In this document: positions 40,459 through 51,156 of the stretch, one piece after another
Numbering within the stretch: the first letter of the stretch is position 1
Layout of the letters: every line of letters starts with the position of its first letter
DNA from: Marinicella sp.
GTDB lineage: Bacteria; Pseudomonadota; Gammaproteobacteria; Xanthomonadales; Marinicellaceae
NCBI GenBank assembly: GCA_965230295.1
Contig: OZ246001.1
Coordinates: forward strand, 1,984,001 to 2,048,000
Direction: 5' to 3'
DNA: 64,000 bases
Notes under the pieces: model-generated
The model's database searches: none
What the model saw: the letters and a program-made list of their open reading frames with translations, nothing else
Told to the model about the DNA's origin: nothing
Made by a program: the position numbers and the translations under genes

Positions 40459-40821
40459 ATGAAATTACAATCCCTGAAATTACAAATCAAGACACACTTG
40501 TATGAAAAGACGGTTCAATACTACCAACAGGTGCTGCAGGCTGAAATCACGGAAACGTGGCAGAATGAAAATGACCGTGGCACCATTTTGGGTTTTCAGA
40601 CCATGAACCAGCGGGTCTATTTAGAAATTTATGAATCCGGTAAAATTCATCATTACGATGCCATCAGTCTTCAGTTTCGTGTGCCTTCATTGGCCGACTA
40701 CATGTTGCAATTACCGGCCCAATATTTGACTGCCAGGCCGATTAAACGTGCTTGGGGATCCACCTATTTACATTTAACCGATCCCAACGGAGCCCGGGTA
40801 ACCATATACCAACAGGAATGA
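40459..40821 (+). CDS. VOC/glyoxalase family protein
   Basis: WG......DPNG motif. Confidence 0.78.
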   Translation: MKLQSLKLQIKTHLYEKTVQYYQQVLQAEITETWQNENDRGTILGFQTMNQRVYLEIYESGKIHHYDAISLQFRVPSLADYMLQLPAQYLTARPIKRAWGSTYLHLTDPNGARVTIYQQE

Positions 40822-41035
40822 CAGGGCCCTGATGAATTGTTGCTGGGTTCAGCAACTATGGAACCAACCACCAATTTTGCTGTGATGTACGAATTCAAAT
40901 CGGTAAACTAATGTACCTGTGAAGAAACAATCAATTGATGATGAAATGATGATAAATGGCCTTCCACTTCCCCAAACCTACATCCGTTATGTGCACCAAA
41001 AGCGACCGCCTTATGGTCAGTGAAACTCAGTATTG

Positions 41036-42901
41036 ATGAGTGGGCAACCCGTAAAATCCACCCCCTTCAACTGGCTTGCAGTGGCCAGTTTGTTGCTCAT
41101 CACCATCCTGTATGCGCTGTATTTTACCCAGTCTGTCATTATGGTAGATACCGCCAGAGATTTGTTCAAAGCCGGTGAAATCACCCAAGGGGGTCAATGG
41201 CCTATGTTGGGTCCTGACATCGGTGGTTTTTTTCACACCGGCCCATTGTGGTTTTACTTTTTGGCCATTCCGGCATTGTCTGGTTCTCTGGTGTTTGTGG
41301 CATTTTGGGTCGGCATTTTTGCTGGCTTGAAATTTGTTTTGGCCTATCAGCTTGGGTCTGCCCTCATCAGTAAAAACTTTGGACTGATGTGGGCCTTTAT
41401 GTTGTTGCTTCCCGGGTGGCATGTGATCAATCAACTGTCCATCAGTCACATCAATTTAGTTGAAACCCTGGCTTTATTTTTACTGTTGATGTTGTATCGT
41501 TTTTCCCGGACAGGTTTGTCTAAATATTGGATGTTGTCTGCATTGGCTATGGGCGTTGGTTTTCATGCTCACCCCAGTTTTTTGGTGTTGGCGGTGTTTT
41601 TCTTACCTGCAATGAAACAACAAAGAAAGCATTTGAGCCTGAAGTCATTGGTATTGGCTTCGGCTTTGTTTTTGTTGCCATTGTTGCCATTCATTATTGA
41701 CCAATTGATTCATGGGTTTCCTGATTATGATCGATGGGTGGCGCGGAATGAAGGCAGTGATCAGATTCGAGCAACAGGAAAAGCCGTATCGGATGTTTCA
41801 TGGTGGCAACACTACATCAAAAATCTGTTTGCCATTTTGGTTGAGGGCCCTGCGCGCATCTTGGAATTTGTTCATACACACGTTCCCAATCTTGGCCTAT
41901 ACATGAAATATTTTTATTTCACAGTGATGCTGACCATCGGCTTTGGCTGCTTGATGATGTTTAAGTCACCAAAGCTGCGAAAGTGGTTTTTAATGACATT
42001 TTTGGGTTTGATGTTGATCCTGTTGTTGGTCACATTGATGCGTTCATTCACCCCATTTTATATGCTGCTCACACTCACTCCGATTTTATCGGGTCTTTTT
42101 GCATTGGCTGCCTACGCATTGCTAAAGGATTTCACTGCGGGCAGATTGGCATGCATGTTTTTGTTGTTTTGTTTGGGCTTTATTCCGTACTTTGCTTTCC
42201 ACAAAGCCGCCAAACACCACCAAATCAATTTAGGCCCTGTGATGAACATCACCCAAGAACTGCCGGATAACTGGATGGACAGCCCGGAAACACTGGACGC
42301 CATGACTGTGCTAGAAAGCAAAAAGCTGTCAGCATTTTTTTGTGACAAGACCACGGTAGTCAACGGTCCTTTTATACCGGTGCTTGATTTTACCAGCGGT
42401 GCAACTTTACAGTTTTATTGTGCTGCTTCTCAGGTTCATTTGGGAGGCACCCATAACAACCCCGATCAAGTGTTGTTTCTGATGCATAAATCATTTTGGG
42501 ATGCGATAGATAGGCCTCCTGATCAGTGGCTTTCTCCTTCCTGGGGTTTGTCCCAATCCCACCAAAACCATGCGCCAGATATGAACTTCAGTTTACAGCC
42601 ATTTGATGATTATGTGCACCCACCCAGGTCAAACACCCAGTTGGGCCCAAAGCAAGAAAAAGAGGTGGTCATCAACACCCAAAATGCCCCCTATCTGATT
42701 GTCAGCAATACCCTGCCTGCCAACATGAGGTTTGCAGTTTCAAACATCACAGCCAATGGTCTGCCTGTAACGCTTGTGGTGGTTAATGCCGCCAATCGCA
42801 TGTATCATTGTCAGTCATGTAACCAACAAAAAGTCAGCTGGCAGTTTACCTTGACCGCCAATGACTTTTCAGCCATAGATATCAACACGTTGCCGCAATG
42901 A
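41036..42901 (+). CDS. GT-C fold membrane glycosyltransferase (ArnT/PMT-like)
   Basis: DTARD and P.LGP......GP...Y motifs in the first periplasmic loop; multi-TM. Confidence 0.72.
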   Translation: MSGQPVKSTPFNWLAVASLLLITILYALYFTQSVIMVDTARDLFKAGEITQGGQWPMLGPDIGGFFHTGPLWFYFLAIPALSGSLVFVAFWVGIFAGLKFVLAYQLGSALISKNFGLMWAFMLLLPGWHVINQLSISHINLVETLALFLLLMLYRFSRTGLSKYWMLSALAMGVGFHAHPSFLVLAVFFLPAMKQQRKHLSLKSLVLASALFLLPLLPFIIDQLIHGFPDYDRWVARNEGSDQIRATGKAVSDVSWWQHYIKNLFAILVEGPARILEFVHTHVPNLGLYMKYFYFTVMLTIGFGCLMMFKSPKLRKWFLMTFLGLMLILLLVTLMRSFTPFYMLLTLTPILSGLFALAAYALLKDFTAGRLACMFLLFCLGFIPYFAFHKAAKHHQINLGPVMNITQELPDNWMDSPETLDAMTVLESKKLSAFFCDKTTVVNGPFIPVLDFTSGATLQFYCAASQVHLGGTHNNPDQVLFLMHKSFWDAIDRPPDQWLSPSWGLSQSHQNHAPDMNFSLQPFDDYVHPPRSNTQLGPKQEKEVVINTQNAPYLIVSNTLPANMRFAVSNITANGLPVTLVVVNAANRMYHCQSCNQQKVSWQFTLTANDFSAIDINTLPQ

Positions 42902-45225
42902 AAAACCAAATAGTTATGAATCAATCAGAGACCAGAATGTATCTGTGGGCGGCCGGTTTTTATGCCTTGTTGGTGTTGGTTTTTTGTTTCCCTGTGTTGC
43001 AAGGTCAGATCATCACACAAACTGATTATTTGAACTTCATCAGTCCTTGGGATGCCGTTAAACCGGCTGCATTGTCGGATCCAAGCAATCCATTTTTGCA
43101 GGATCAAAGCCTTGAGTTTTTGCCGTTTTTCCTAGAAGCCAAAAGCCAGTTAACGGCAGGTATGTTTCCCCTTTGGAACCCCTATATTTTTGCCGGCAAC
43201 CCGCTGTGGGCCAACACCCAATCGGCGTTGTTGTTTCCATTGAACTTCTTTCACTACTTTTTGGACGCCCCCCTGGGGTTCACCATCAGCAGTTTATTCA
43301 AGTTGTTTTTTGGCTGTTTTTTGACCCATTTATTTGTCCGAAAGTTGAACATGGGTCATGGTCCTGCATTGTTGGCTGGTGTGGCGTTTGGATTTTGCTC
43401 CTTCACCGTGTTTTGGCTGAATCACCCACACACCAACGTCACACCAATGATTCCTTTGTGTTTCTATATGGTAGAAAGGCTGTTGGACAAAACAGACACA
43501 CGCAACATGATGTTGTATGCCTTGGTGGTGGCATTGAGTTTGATTGCAGGGCATGTTGAAATCGCCTTCTTGACGGCCGCTGCTTGTGGCATGTTTTACT
43601 TGTTGCGCCTGTGGCAGCTTAAAAGATTAAGCTGGGCACCCTTGTTTAAATTTTTCATGATTTATGTCTACGCTTTGTTGCTCAGTGCCATTTTGGTTAT
43701 TCCGTTTATTGAGTTTTTATTCAATACAGCGATCTGGTCTGAACGTGGTGATGCGGTCCTGAACAGCGTGCCAACAGCCGGACTGATCAGCCTGTTTATG
43801 AGTGATTTTTTCATCTTCGACGGTTGGGCTCCAAGAAACATTGGGTTTCATGCATTCAGTCCATACGTTGGACTGGTTACTTTACCGCTGGCCGTTTACG
43901 CTGTGTTTAAATCATTCAACAAATCATGGCCTTTGATGCTGGTGTGTTTGTTGTCAATAGCGGTGGCATTCACCGTTAACCCCTTTAATTGGCTGGTAAA
44001 GAATTTACCCTTGTTCAACCATTTGCCATTGTTTTATTTCAATGTTTTGGCGGCATTTTCCCTCAGTGTTTTGGCCGCCATTGGCTTGCAACAATGCCTC
44101 AAGCATGACAGGGATTCAAGTAGGTTGCTTGCCGTTTTGTTGGTTGTTTTGGTGTTTGTACTCACCATCAGGTTCTGGTGGAATCCGGGTGGCTTAACAC
44201 CTTATGTTTTGGATGCTGAATTGTTGCTCGAAACGGTTCGTCAAATGAGCCTGTGGGTTGCCATGACATGGTTGTTGGTGTGGTTGTTGATGTTCTTTGC
44301 CAAACAGATTCCTGCTTTTGTTTTGGTTGGGTTGTTGGTTGGTTTGGTTTATGCCGACTTGTGGCAAACAGGTCATGATTGGAATCCCGCCATTGAAGTT
44401 GAGTATGCGGTACCGAGAGACCAACCTGGAGCTCTTAAGTTTCTGGCCGACCAAACTGTTCCATTCAGAGCTGTGGGCCATGACAAAATCATGACGCCAA
44501 GTACCAACATGCTGGCTCGTGTGCATGATGTTCGAGGTTATGATGTGCCAGTGATTGACCGGTACCATCAATTTTTCAACCGGGCTTTAAAAGGCCAGGA
44601 TGCGTTCTGGTTTTATGATTTGCCCAAATATGACCCTTCCATATGGCCGTATCTTAATATTTTGAACACGCGTTTTGTGTTGACCAAAACCGTTTTGGAG
44701 GAGCCGCTGCCTGAGCACCTCAGAGTGGTTTATCAAGATGAAATTAACATCTATGAAAACGACCAAGCCATGGGTCTTGCTTTTATGCCAACAGGTGTTG
44801 AATATGTAGACAGTCCTGAAGCGGCTTTGGAACGGGTTTTGAGTTTGGAATCAAAGCTAAAAGATGTGGTGGTGATCGAACCTAAAGACTCGCGTTTTGA
44901 AAAAAACCAGTCCAGCGGTTTAACTGACAACCGGCATGAAATCACCTACCAAAACATTGCTGCAAACCAGATTGATTTACAAGTAACGAGCCAACAAGCA
45001 GCTTGGTTGGTGCTGTCACAAAGTTATTACCCTGGGTGGCATGCCTATATCGATGGTGAAGAAACTGATATATTTGCTGCCAATTTTGTCTTACAAGCCA
45101 TTAAAATACCGGCTGGGAGCCATCAAGTTGTATTTAAATACTGTCCACTCAGTTTTACTTTGGGGTGGCTGGTCAGTTTGTTCAGTTTTATTTTTGCACT
45201 ATGGAAAATCAGAAAGACAAAATAG
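42898..45225 (+). CDS. YfhO family GT-C membrane glycosyltransferase
   Basis: PLWNPY.FAG.P and LVLS..YYPGW.A.IDG motifs. Confidence 0.85.
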   Translation: MKNQIVMNQSETRMYLWAAGFYALLVLVFCFPVLQGQIITQTDYLNFISPWDAVKPAALSDPSNPFLQDQSLEFLPFFLEAKSQLTAGMFPLWNPYIFAGNPLWANTQSALLFPLNFFHYFLDAPLGFTISSLFKLFFGCFLTHLFVRKLNMGHGPALLAGVAFGFCSFTVFWLNHPHTNVTPMIPLCFYMVERLLDKTDTRNMMLYALVVALSLIAGHVEIAFLTAAACGMFYLLRLWQLKRLSWAPLFKFFMIYVYALLLSAILVIPFIEFLFNTAIWSERGDAVLNSVPTAGLISLFMSDFFIFDGWAPRNIGFHAFSPYVGLVTLPLAVYAVFKSFNKSWPLMLVCLLSIAVAFTVNPFNWLVKNLPLFNHLPLFYFNVLAAFSLSVLAAIGLQQCLKHDRDSSRLLAVLLVVLVFVLTIRFWWNPGGLTPYVLDAELLLETVRQMSLWVAMTWLLVWLLMFFAKQIPAFVLVGLLVGLVYADLWQTGHDWNPAIEVEYAVPRDQPGALKFLADQTVPFRAVGHDKIMTPSTNMLARVHDVRGYDVPVIDRYHQFFNRALKGQDAFWFYDLPKYDPSIWPYLNILNTRFVLTKTVLEEPLPEHLRVVYQDEINIYENDQAMGLAFMPTGVEYVDSPEAALERVLSLESKLKDVVVIEPKDSRFEKNQSSGLTDNRHEITYQNIAANQIDLQVTSQQAAWLVLSQSYYPGWHAYIDGEETDIFAANFVLQAIKIPAGSHQVVFKYCPLSFTLGWLVSLFSFIFALWKIRKTK

Positions 45226-45956
45226 TCATCATTATGCCGGCTTACAATGCCGAAAAAACCTTGAAGGATACTTTGGATGCGATTCCTGAAGGCTGTTTCG
45301 ATGAAGTTATTTTGGTCGATGATTGCTCCAAAGATGGTACCGTTGAGCTGGCCAAATCATTAGGCATCAGTGTCTTTGAACACGAAACCAATAAAGGTTA
45401 TGGCGGCAACCAGAAGCTTTGTTATCAAGAAGCTTTGAATGCAGGCGCTGACATCATCGTGATGTTACACCCGGATAATCAGTACGATGCCAGTTTGATC
45501 CCTTTTTTCACTGGTTTTATTGAACATGGGGTTTGTGACTTCATGTTGGGTGCTCGGATCAGAACCCGTAAAGAAGCTTTGCATGGGGGTATGCCATTTT
45601 ACAAATACTTCTCAAACCGCATGTTGACCTTGATGATGAATGTCATTTTAGGCCAAAATTTGGCAGAGGGGCATTCTGGGTTCAGGGTTTATCATCGCAA
45701 AGTTCTGGAAAAAATCCCCTATGAAAACAACTCTGATGATTTTTCATTTGATGCCGAACTGATCACTCAAGCCGTCTTTCACGGTTTTAAGCTGGGTGAT
45801 GCGCCGATGCCTGTCAGGTATTTCTCAGAAGCTTCAAGCATCAGTTTCAAAGACAGCAGTATCTATGGTTTGAAAATCATCAAAACCCTATTTAAATACA
45901 TGTTAACCAAGCTCAGAATCAAAAAGTCCAAATTGTTTGATGGTAAATCTGGCTGA
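45201..45956 (+). CDS. Family 2 glycosyltransferase (polyprenol-phosphate-sugar synthase-like)
   Basis: MPAYN, VDD.S.D, N.GYG.NQK, HPD.QY and SGFR motifs. Confidence 0.9.
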   Translation: MENQKDKIVIIMPAYNAEKTLKDTLDAIPEGCFDEVILVDDCSKDGTVELAKSLGISVFEHETNKGYGGNQKLCYQEALNAGADIIVMLHPDNQYDASLIPFFTGFIEHGVCDFMLGARIRTRKEALHGGMPFYKYFSNRMLTLMMNVILGQNLAEGHSGFRVYHRKVLEKIPYENNSDDFSFDAELITQAVFHGFKLGDAPMPVRYFSEASSISFKDSSIYGLKIIKTLFKYMLTKLRIKKSKLFDGKSG

Positions 45957-46056
45957 TTAAATCAGCACTGATTTAACCATTCCACAACACCTCACATTCA
46001 GAAACCGTCATTTCGCCACAGGTTAAGAAGTAGCGGATGAGTCCCAAGGACATTAA

Positions 46057-46688
46057 GGGATGTTCTTGGGGCTTCATTCTGGTTCATGGTCTGACAGGTC
46101 TTCATATTTGCTGCGCAAATAAACCGACCTTTATAGACTATTGTCTGAGCAGTTGCTTCGCACTGCATGTCTGTTCTAGACAAAAGTGAAAACGACTGCT
46201 TACATGGATGTAAGTATGCAGCGATAGCAGGCAGGAATTGTTCCCAACAATTCTCTGCATTCACCCCGTCCTGGGGATCGATGCGGTAGCTGCCGAGGCG
46301 AATATGACTTGCTACCTCGCACGCACTGCTGCATTCAAATCGGGCTTCTTTATCTTCGATAAAACCGCCCAACTTTCATTGCCTGTGCTATAACGCCATT
46401 CACATAAGGCTTCTTGACTTCGTCAAATCGCCATATGCTCATTGGCTATTCTCTTCGCCTCTGATTGGCTTACATGGAAGTAAGTCCTCTGAGGAGGCAG
46501 GATGCCGGTATCAGAGGTGACTGCACGGATGTAGGTCTGCCGCGATAGCCAGGAGCGATAGCGGCCGCTATAACAAAAGCTCACGGCTAATCAATCATTA
46601 CATCAAGGCTTCTTTGCTTTGCAAAATCGCCATGATTGCATGATTTGCCTAACCAGCTCGACGGGTCAAGCTGCTCAGCAGCTTGACC
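46057..46688 (+). mobile_element. Modular element, copy E (632 bp, most heavily nested)
   Basis: Copy A scaffold split by several inserted modules, some inside others. It is preceded by an inverted partial left end at 46036-46054. Confidence 0.85.
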
Positions 46689-46724
46689 TTGTATGACTTC
46701 TTGCACTGTTTTTTTTGTAAAAAG

Positions 46725-46753
46725 TGATACAAAATGATATCATAATGATATCA
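46725..46753. promoter_or_regulatory. Tandem TGATATCA operator repeats
   Basis: TGATACAA, TGATATCA (46735-46742) and TGATATCA (46746-46753) at 10-11 bp spacing upstream of the SPFH-RHH operon. Confidence 0.7.
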
Positions 46754-46766
46754 AAGGAGAAAAAAG

Positions 46767-47633
46767 ATGATTAGAGAAAAAAGTATCAAAGCCAAAAGTG
46801 GTATACCCATGCTGCTGTTATTTCTGGTGGTGCTGGTGTTGAATGTGGTGTTACTGATTTATGCCGGCAACAACAAAATTGTGCCATTATTGGTGTTGTG
46901 TATTGTCATGATCCCGGTGATCATCGTCATGCTGGTGGGTTTTTTCATGGTGAACCCGAATGAGTCAAAAGTATTGCAATTATTTGGTAAATATGTGGGT
47001 ACTGTGAGCGACCCTGGTTTGCGTTGGGCCAATCCATTTTATGGCAAAAAAGCGGTATCGCTCAGGGTAAGAAATTTTGAAAGCGGACAACTGAAGGTCA
47101 ATGACAGTGCCGGTAATCCCATCGAAATAGCCACCGTTGTTGTGTGGAAAGTGGTGGATACGGCTGAAGCCATCTTCGAAGTGGATGATTATGAATCTTT
47201 TGTGCACATTCAAACTGAAGCGGCCCTGCGTAATTTAGCCACGGCCCATCCTTATGAATCACACAATGATGAAAAAATCACCTTGCGATCTGACCCACAG
47301 GAAATTGCCAATTTACTGCAAAAAGAAGTGCAAGACCGTTTGGATAAAGCCGGCGTGAAAGTCATAGAAGCAAGAATATCTCATTTGGCTTATGCCCAGG
47401 AAATTGCTGCTTCCATGTTAAAAAGACAACAGGCCCAAGCGATTGTGGCGGCTCGAACCCAAATTGTTGAAGGGGCTGTTGGGATGGTGGAAATTGCTTT
47501 AGAGCAGCTCAGTGAAAAACAGATCATTGAATTAGATGATGAGCGCAAAGCAGCCATGGTCAGTAATTTGTTGGTGGTGTTGTGTGGTGAAGAAAACGCC
47601 CAACCGGTGGTGAATTCAGGCAGTTTATATTGA
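46767..47633 (+). CDS. SPFH/band 7 domain protein
   Basis: Two TM, FGKY.GT, KVND..GNPIEIA and LAYA.EIA..ML.RQQA motifs. Confidence 0.92.
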   Translation: MIREKSIKAKSGIPMLLLFLVVLVLNVVLLIYAGNNKIVPLLVLCIVMIPVIIVMLVGFFMVNPNESKVLQLFGKYVGTVSDPGLRWANPFYGKKAVSLRVRNFESGQLKVNDSAGNPIEIATVVVWKVVDTAEAIFEVDDYESFVHIQTEAALRNLATAHPYESHNDEKITLRSDPQEIANLLQKEVQDRLDKAGVKVIEARISHLAYAQEIAASMLKRQQAQAIVAARTQIVEGAVGMVEIALEQLSEKQIIELDDERKAAMVSNLLVVLCGEENAQPVVNSGSLY

Positions 47634-47636
47634 GCC

Positions 47637-47807
47637 ATGGCCAAAAAGAAGTCATTTCCATTAAGGGTTAATGAAGACATATTATCAGCAGTTCAGAAAT
47701 GGGCTGCTGATGATTTGCGCAGTGTCAATGCACAAATTGAGTTTGTACTCAGAGAAGCCATGCGTAAGGCAGGTCGTTTGAAAAAGGACCCAACCCAGAA
47801 AAGGTAA
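47637..47807 (+). CDS. Arc-like ribbon-helix-helix DNA-binding protein (56 aa, not in the ORF track)
   Basis: MAKKKSFPLRVNEDILSAVQKWAADDLRSVNAQIEFVLREA..., starting 3 bp after the SPFH stop. Confidence 0.85.
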   Translation: MAKKKSFPLRVNEDILSAVQKWAADDLRSVNAQIEFVLREAMRKAGRLKKDPTQKR

Positions 47808-47910
47808 ATGGAGCCATTCCATTCCTGGCCAATGTATCTCCCTTAATATTTTGTCAATGATCGTGATAGAATCATTACTACTGTAAAGAAAACAACACAT
47901 TTTGCAACTT

Positions 47911-48414
47911 ATGGATTCGAAGCTTGATCAATCGATTTACCGACAATTGAAAGTCATTGCCAATAAGTTGATGTCACAAGAAAGAAACAATCACACTTTA
48001 TCACCCACCGACTTGGTTCATGAAGCTTACATGAAAATTGATGGTTCAGGGAATCAAACCAATGATGACCAACATTATGTTTTTGTTTTGGCCAGGCAAA
48101 TGCGGCGCTTATTGGTTGATTACGGCAGACAAAAATCTGCATTAAAAAGGGGTGGTAATCAACAAAGGGTGTTGTATACCGATGCTTTGGGTATCAACAA
48201 CAACAGCATGACTGATTTTTCTGTGATCAGCGATGCCATTGAAGACCTGAACGCCATGGATGAACGGGCGGCGCAAGCCATCGATTTGTTCTATTTTACG
48301 AAAATTACCAAAGAAAAGACTGCCAGAATACTCAATGTTTCAGTCTCGACTTTAGAACGGGATTTGCGCTATGCCAAGGCCCACATCAGCCAGTACCTCA
48401 GTGAGCAAATGTAA
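47911..48414 (+). CDS. ECF sigma factor of the kinase-associated type (TIGR02999-like)
   Basis: HTLSPTDLVHEAY, MRRLLVDY.R...A.KRGG and region-4 HTH. Confidence 0.9.
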   Translation: MDSKLDQSIYRQLKVIANKLMSQERNNHTLSPTDLVHEAYMKIDGSGNQTNDDQHYVFVLARQMRRLLVDYGRQKSALKRGGNQQRVLYTDALGINNNSMTDFSVISDAIEDLNAMDERAAQAIDLFYFTKITKEKTARILNVSVSTLERDLRYAKAHISQYLSEQM

Positions 48415-48416
48415 CG

Positions 48417-51143
48417 GTGACCCATCACGAAGACAACAGGGCGCGTGGCAAAATCATCAAGCAATTGTTTGACAGTTGTGTCGAATTAGATCCTACAGAA
48501 CAAACCAACTACATTCAGCAGGCAGATGTCAGTGAGGACATCAAAATCCATGTTCTGAAATTATTACAGCATGCCACCAACGAAATTGATTTGACTCAGG
48601 CAGTGGTTGAATCTGTGCAAGTCAGTTTGGCCATCAAACCGGTGGCCGCAGGTATGAACATCGGTGCTTATGAACTGATTGAGCCACTGGGAATTGGCGG
48701 GCAAGGAGAAGTGTGGCTGGCCAGTCGTACAGATGGAGTCTTCGAGCATCATGTTGCAATCAAGTTCCTAAAGCCTTTACATAACCAAAGTGACATCAAC
48801 CGATTTCAGAGTGAAAGAGAATTGTTGGCCAGTTTAAAACACCCCAACATAGCACAATTATTAGATGGGGGCGCATTAAGAGACAACAGACCTTACATGG
48901 TGTTGGAGTTGGTAGAAGGGCTGCCATTGTTAGAATACTGTAAGCAGCAAAAATTCACACTGAAACAATACTTAACCTGTTTCTTACAGATATGCGATGC
49001 CATCAGTTATGCCCATTCACATTCGGTGATTCACCGTGACATCAAACCAACCAATATTTATGTAACCAATGATGGGACAGTTAAATTATTGGATTTTGGT
49101 ATTGCCAAATATGTTGATGTAGATGATGTAAAAACCATGACATTGCCGGTGATGACTTTGGCTTATTCCAGCCCTGAGCAAGTGACAGGCGCACCTGTAT
49201 CAACAGCCACTGACATCTACTCTTTGGGTTTGTTGCTGTATGAGATGCTTACTGGGCAGCGAGCACAAGCTGTTAATTCAGATGTGCCAGCAGAATTGAT
49301 ACATGAAATCACCGACCAATCCCCGGTATTACCCAGCCAGTTGGTGCAAAAACTTGAATTTAAACGCAGCTACAACAAGAAGCATTTACAAGGTGATTTG
49401 GATAATTTGATTTTGATGGCGGTTCGAAAAGAACCTGAACGTCGTTATGCCACGGTTTCAGGCATGGTCAAAGACATCAAAAATTACTTTGATGGTAAGC
49501 CATTGATGGCGGTTGGTGAGAGCCGGGTATATGTCATCAATAAATTTTTTAAAAGAAACCCTGTCGTGACTTATTTATCAGCGGCGGTATTGGCTTTTAT
49601 GGTGGCATTGCCATTGACCTTGCTCAGTAACCAACATCAACTGACCATTGAAAGAGATAAGGCCTTGCTGGCACAACAACAGGCAGAAGAACAGTCCATC
49701 ATCGCCAACAGAACCACGGACTTTTTGATCAATATTCTGGAGTCGGCATCACCATTGGCGAACCAGGGAGAAGCGATCAATTTAGATGATGTACTGATGG
49801 CTGCAGAACGGCAGTTATCTGTTGGCTTAGATGAGCAACCGCAAATCAAAGCCACTTTGTTGAGTAAGCTAGCTGGTATTCAACACCAACTGGGAAATAC
49901 AGCACAAGCGGTAACCCACTATAAAAAGGTACTGGAACTGTATGAAAGCGTCAACAATCAGGTTGGACAAGCTTTTGTGTTGGGTCAATTAGGCATCATG
50001 TCTCACTTCAACAGTGATCAGGAAGCCACCAAACGATACAAAGAACAGGCACTTGCGTTAACTGATGTGATTGATGTTCCTCTAGACCAGGCCTGGCATC
50101 AAGCGCGCATCGCCACCATTGATGGATTTTTAGGTAACAAGGTTGAAGCAGAACAGAGGCTGTTAAGTACTCTTGAAACATTGGGTAAGCAAGGGATTGA
50201 TGATGTGGAATTGATGGGCCGAATCTACAATGAACTGTCTTTGGTTACTGAAGATTTACAACAGAGCTTGGAATATATGAACATGGCGGTTGATTTTGCT
50301 GAACGTATGCATGGAAGGATGCATCCACTTTATCAAAGCAGAAAGCAAAATAAGGCATTGAAACTTAAGAGGTTGGAACGGTATCAGGAGGCAGAATCAC
50401 TGTTGTTAGAAGTTCGTGCAGACACCCGAAAGATTTTTTCCAAAGAACATCCGGTTTATTCAAGCGCAACCGCTGAATTGGGTGCCCTGTATCATGACAA
50501 AGGAAGGTTCGGTGAAGTAGAGGTCATTTATAAAGAAGCCATTGCCATCAGTCAAAGCACGTCAGGTATCAAGAGCCTGAATTATGTCCTGCAAATCAAT
50601 AATTTGGCATTCCTTTATGAAGATATGGGGCGATACAATGCTGCTGAGCCGTTGTATCGTGAGTCGGTGGCCTTGCGCCAACAATACCATTCGGCTTCAC
50701 CCATGCGGGTTGCCAGTAGTCAAGGAAACTTGGCCCGTTTGTTGGCAAAACTGGGTAAGCACCAAGAATCTCAAGCCATTTTGGATGAGATCAGTCCCAT
50801 ATATGAAAGCCACAACCGTTCCAATCAACAGAATGAAATCACAGCAATCGCCAACATGATGGGATTAAGCCCTGGGCGTTGTGATCAAGTGATCAAACAG
50901 ATTGAAGGCATCTTACCTGCTGTCAATAACCTTTCGGCATCCAGCTGGCGCCGCATGCAGGCAGAAATGTGGTTAGGTGAGATGGCAGCCAAATGTTTGC
51001 AGCATGAATTGGCCAGCCATTTGATCAATGCTGCCAAAGAAAAATCAAAAGTTATTTACAGCGATGGCTCTGATGGGCAATCCATCATCCAAAATAAGTC
51101 CAATCAATTGTTGGCTCAATTAGGGCCAGTTAACAAGCCTTAG
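48417..51143 (+). CDS. Membrane Ser/Thr protein kinase with TPRs, coupled to the ECF sigma
   Basis: GIGGQG, HRDIKPTN, DFG and YSSPE motifs, TM, TPR repeats. Confidence 0.93.
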   Translation: MTHHEDNRARGKIIKQLFDSCVELDPTEQTNYIQQADVSEDIKIHVLKLLQHATNEIDLTQAVVESVQVSLAIKPVAAGMNIGAYELIEPLGIGGQGEVWLASRTDGVFEHHVAIKFLKPLHNQSDINRFQSERELLASLKHPNIAQLLDGGALRDNRPYMVLELVEGLPLLEYCKQQKFTLKQYLTCFLQICDAISYAHSHSVIHRDIKPTNIYVTNDGTVKLLDFGIAKYVDVDDVKTMTLPVMTLAYSSPEQVTGAPVSTATDIYSLGLLLYEMLTGQRAQAVNSDVPAELIHEITDQSPVLPSQLVQKLEFKRSYNKKHLQGDLDNLILMAVRKEPERRYATVSGMVKDIKNYFDGKPLMAVGESRVYVINKFFKRNPVVTYLSAAVLAFMVALPLTLLSNQHQLTIERDKALLAQQQAEEQSIIANRTTDFLINILESASPLANQGEAINLDDVLMAAERQLSVGLDEQPQIKATLLSKLAGIQHQLGNTAQAVTHYKKVLELYESVNNQVGQAFVLGQLGIMSHFNSDQEATKRYKEQALALTDVIDVPLDQAWHQARIATIDGFLGNKVEAEQRLLSTLETLGKQGIDDVELMGRIYNELSLVTEDLQQSLEYMNMAVDFAERMHGRMHPLYQSRKQNKALKLKRLERYQEAESLLLEVRADTRKIFSKEHPVYSSATAELGALYHDKGRFGEVEVIYKEAIAISQSTSGIKSLNYVLQINNLAFLYEDMGRYNAAEPLYRESVALRQQYHSASPMRVASSQGNLARLLAKLGKHQESQAILDEISPIYESHNRSNQQNEITAIANMMGLSPGRCDQVIKQIEGILPAVNNLSASSWRRMQAEMWLGEMAAKCLQHELASHLINAAKEKSKVIYSDGSDGQSIIQNKSNQLLAQLGPVNKP

Positions 51144-51156
51144 AGTATATAAACAT

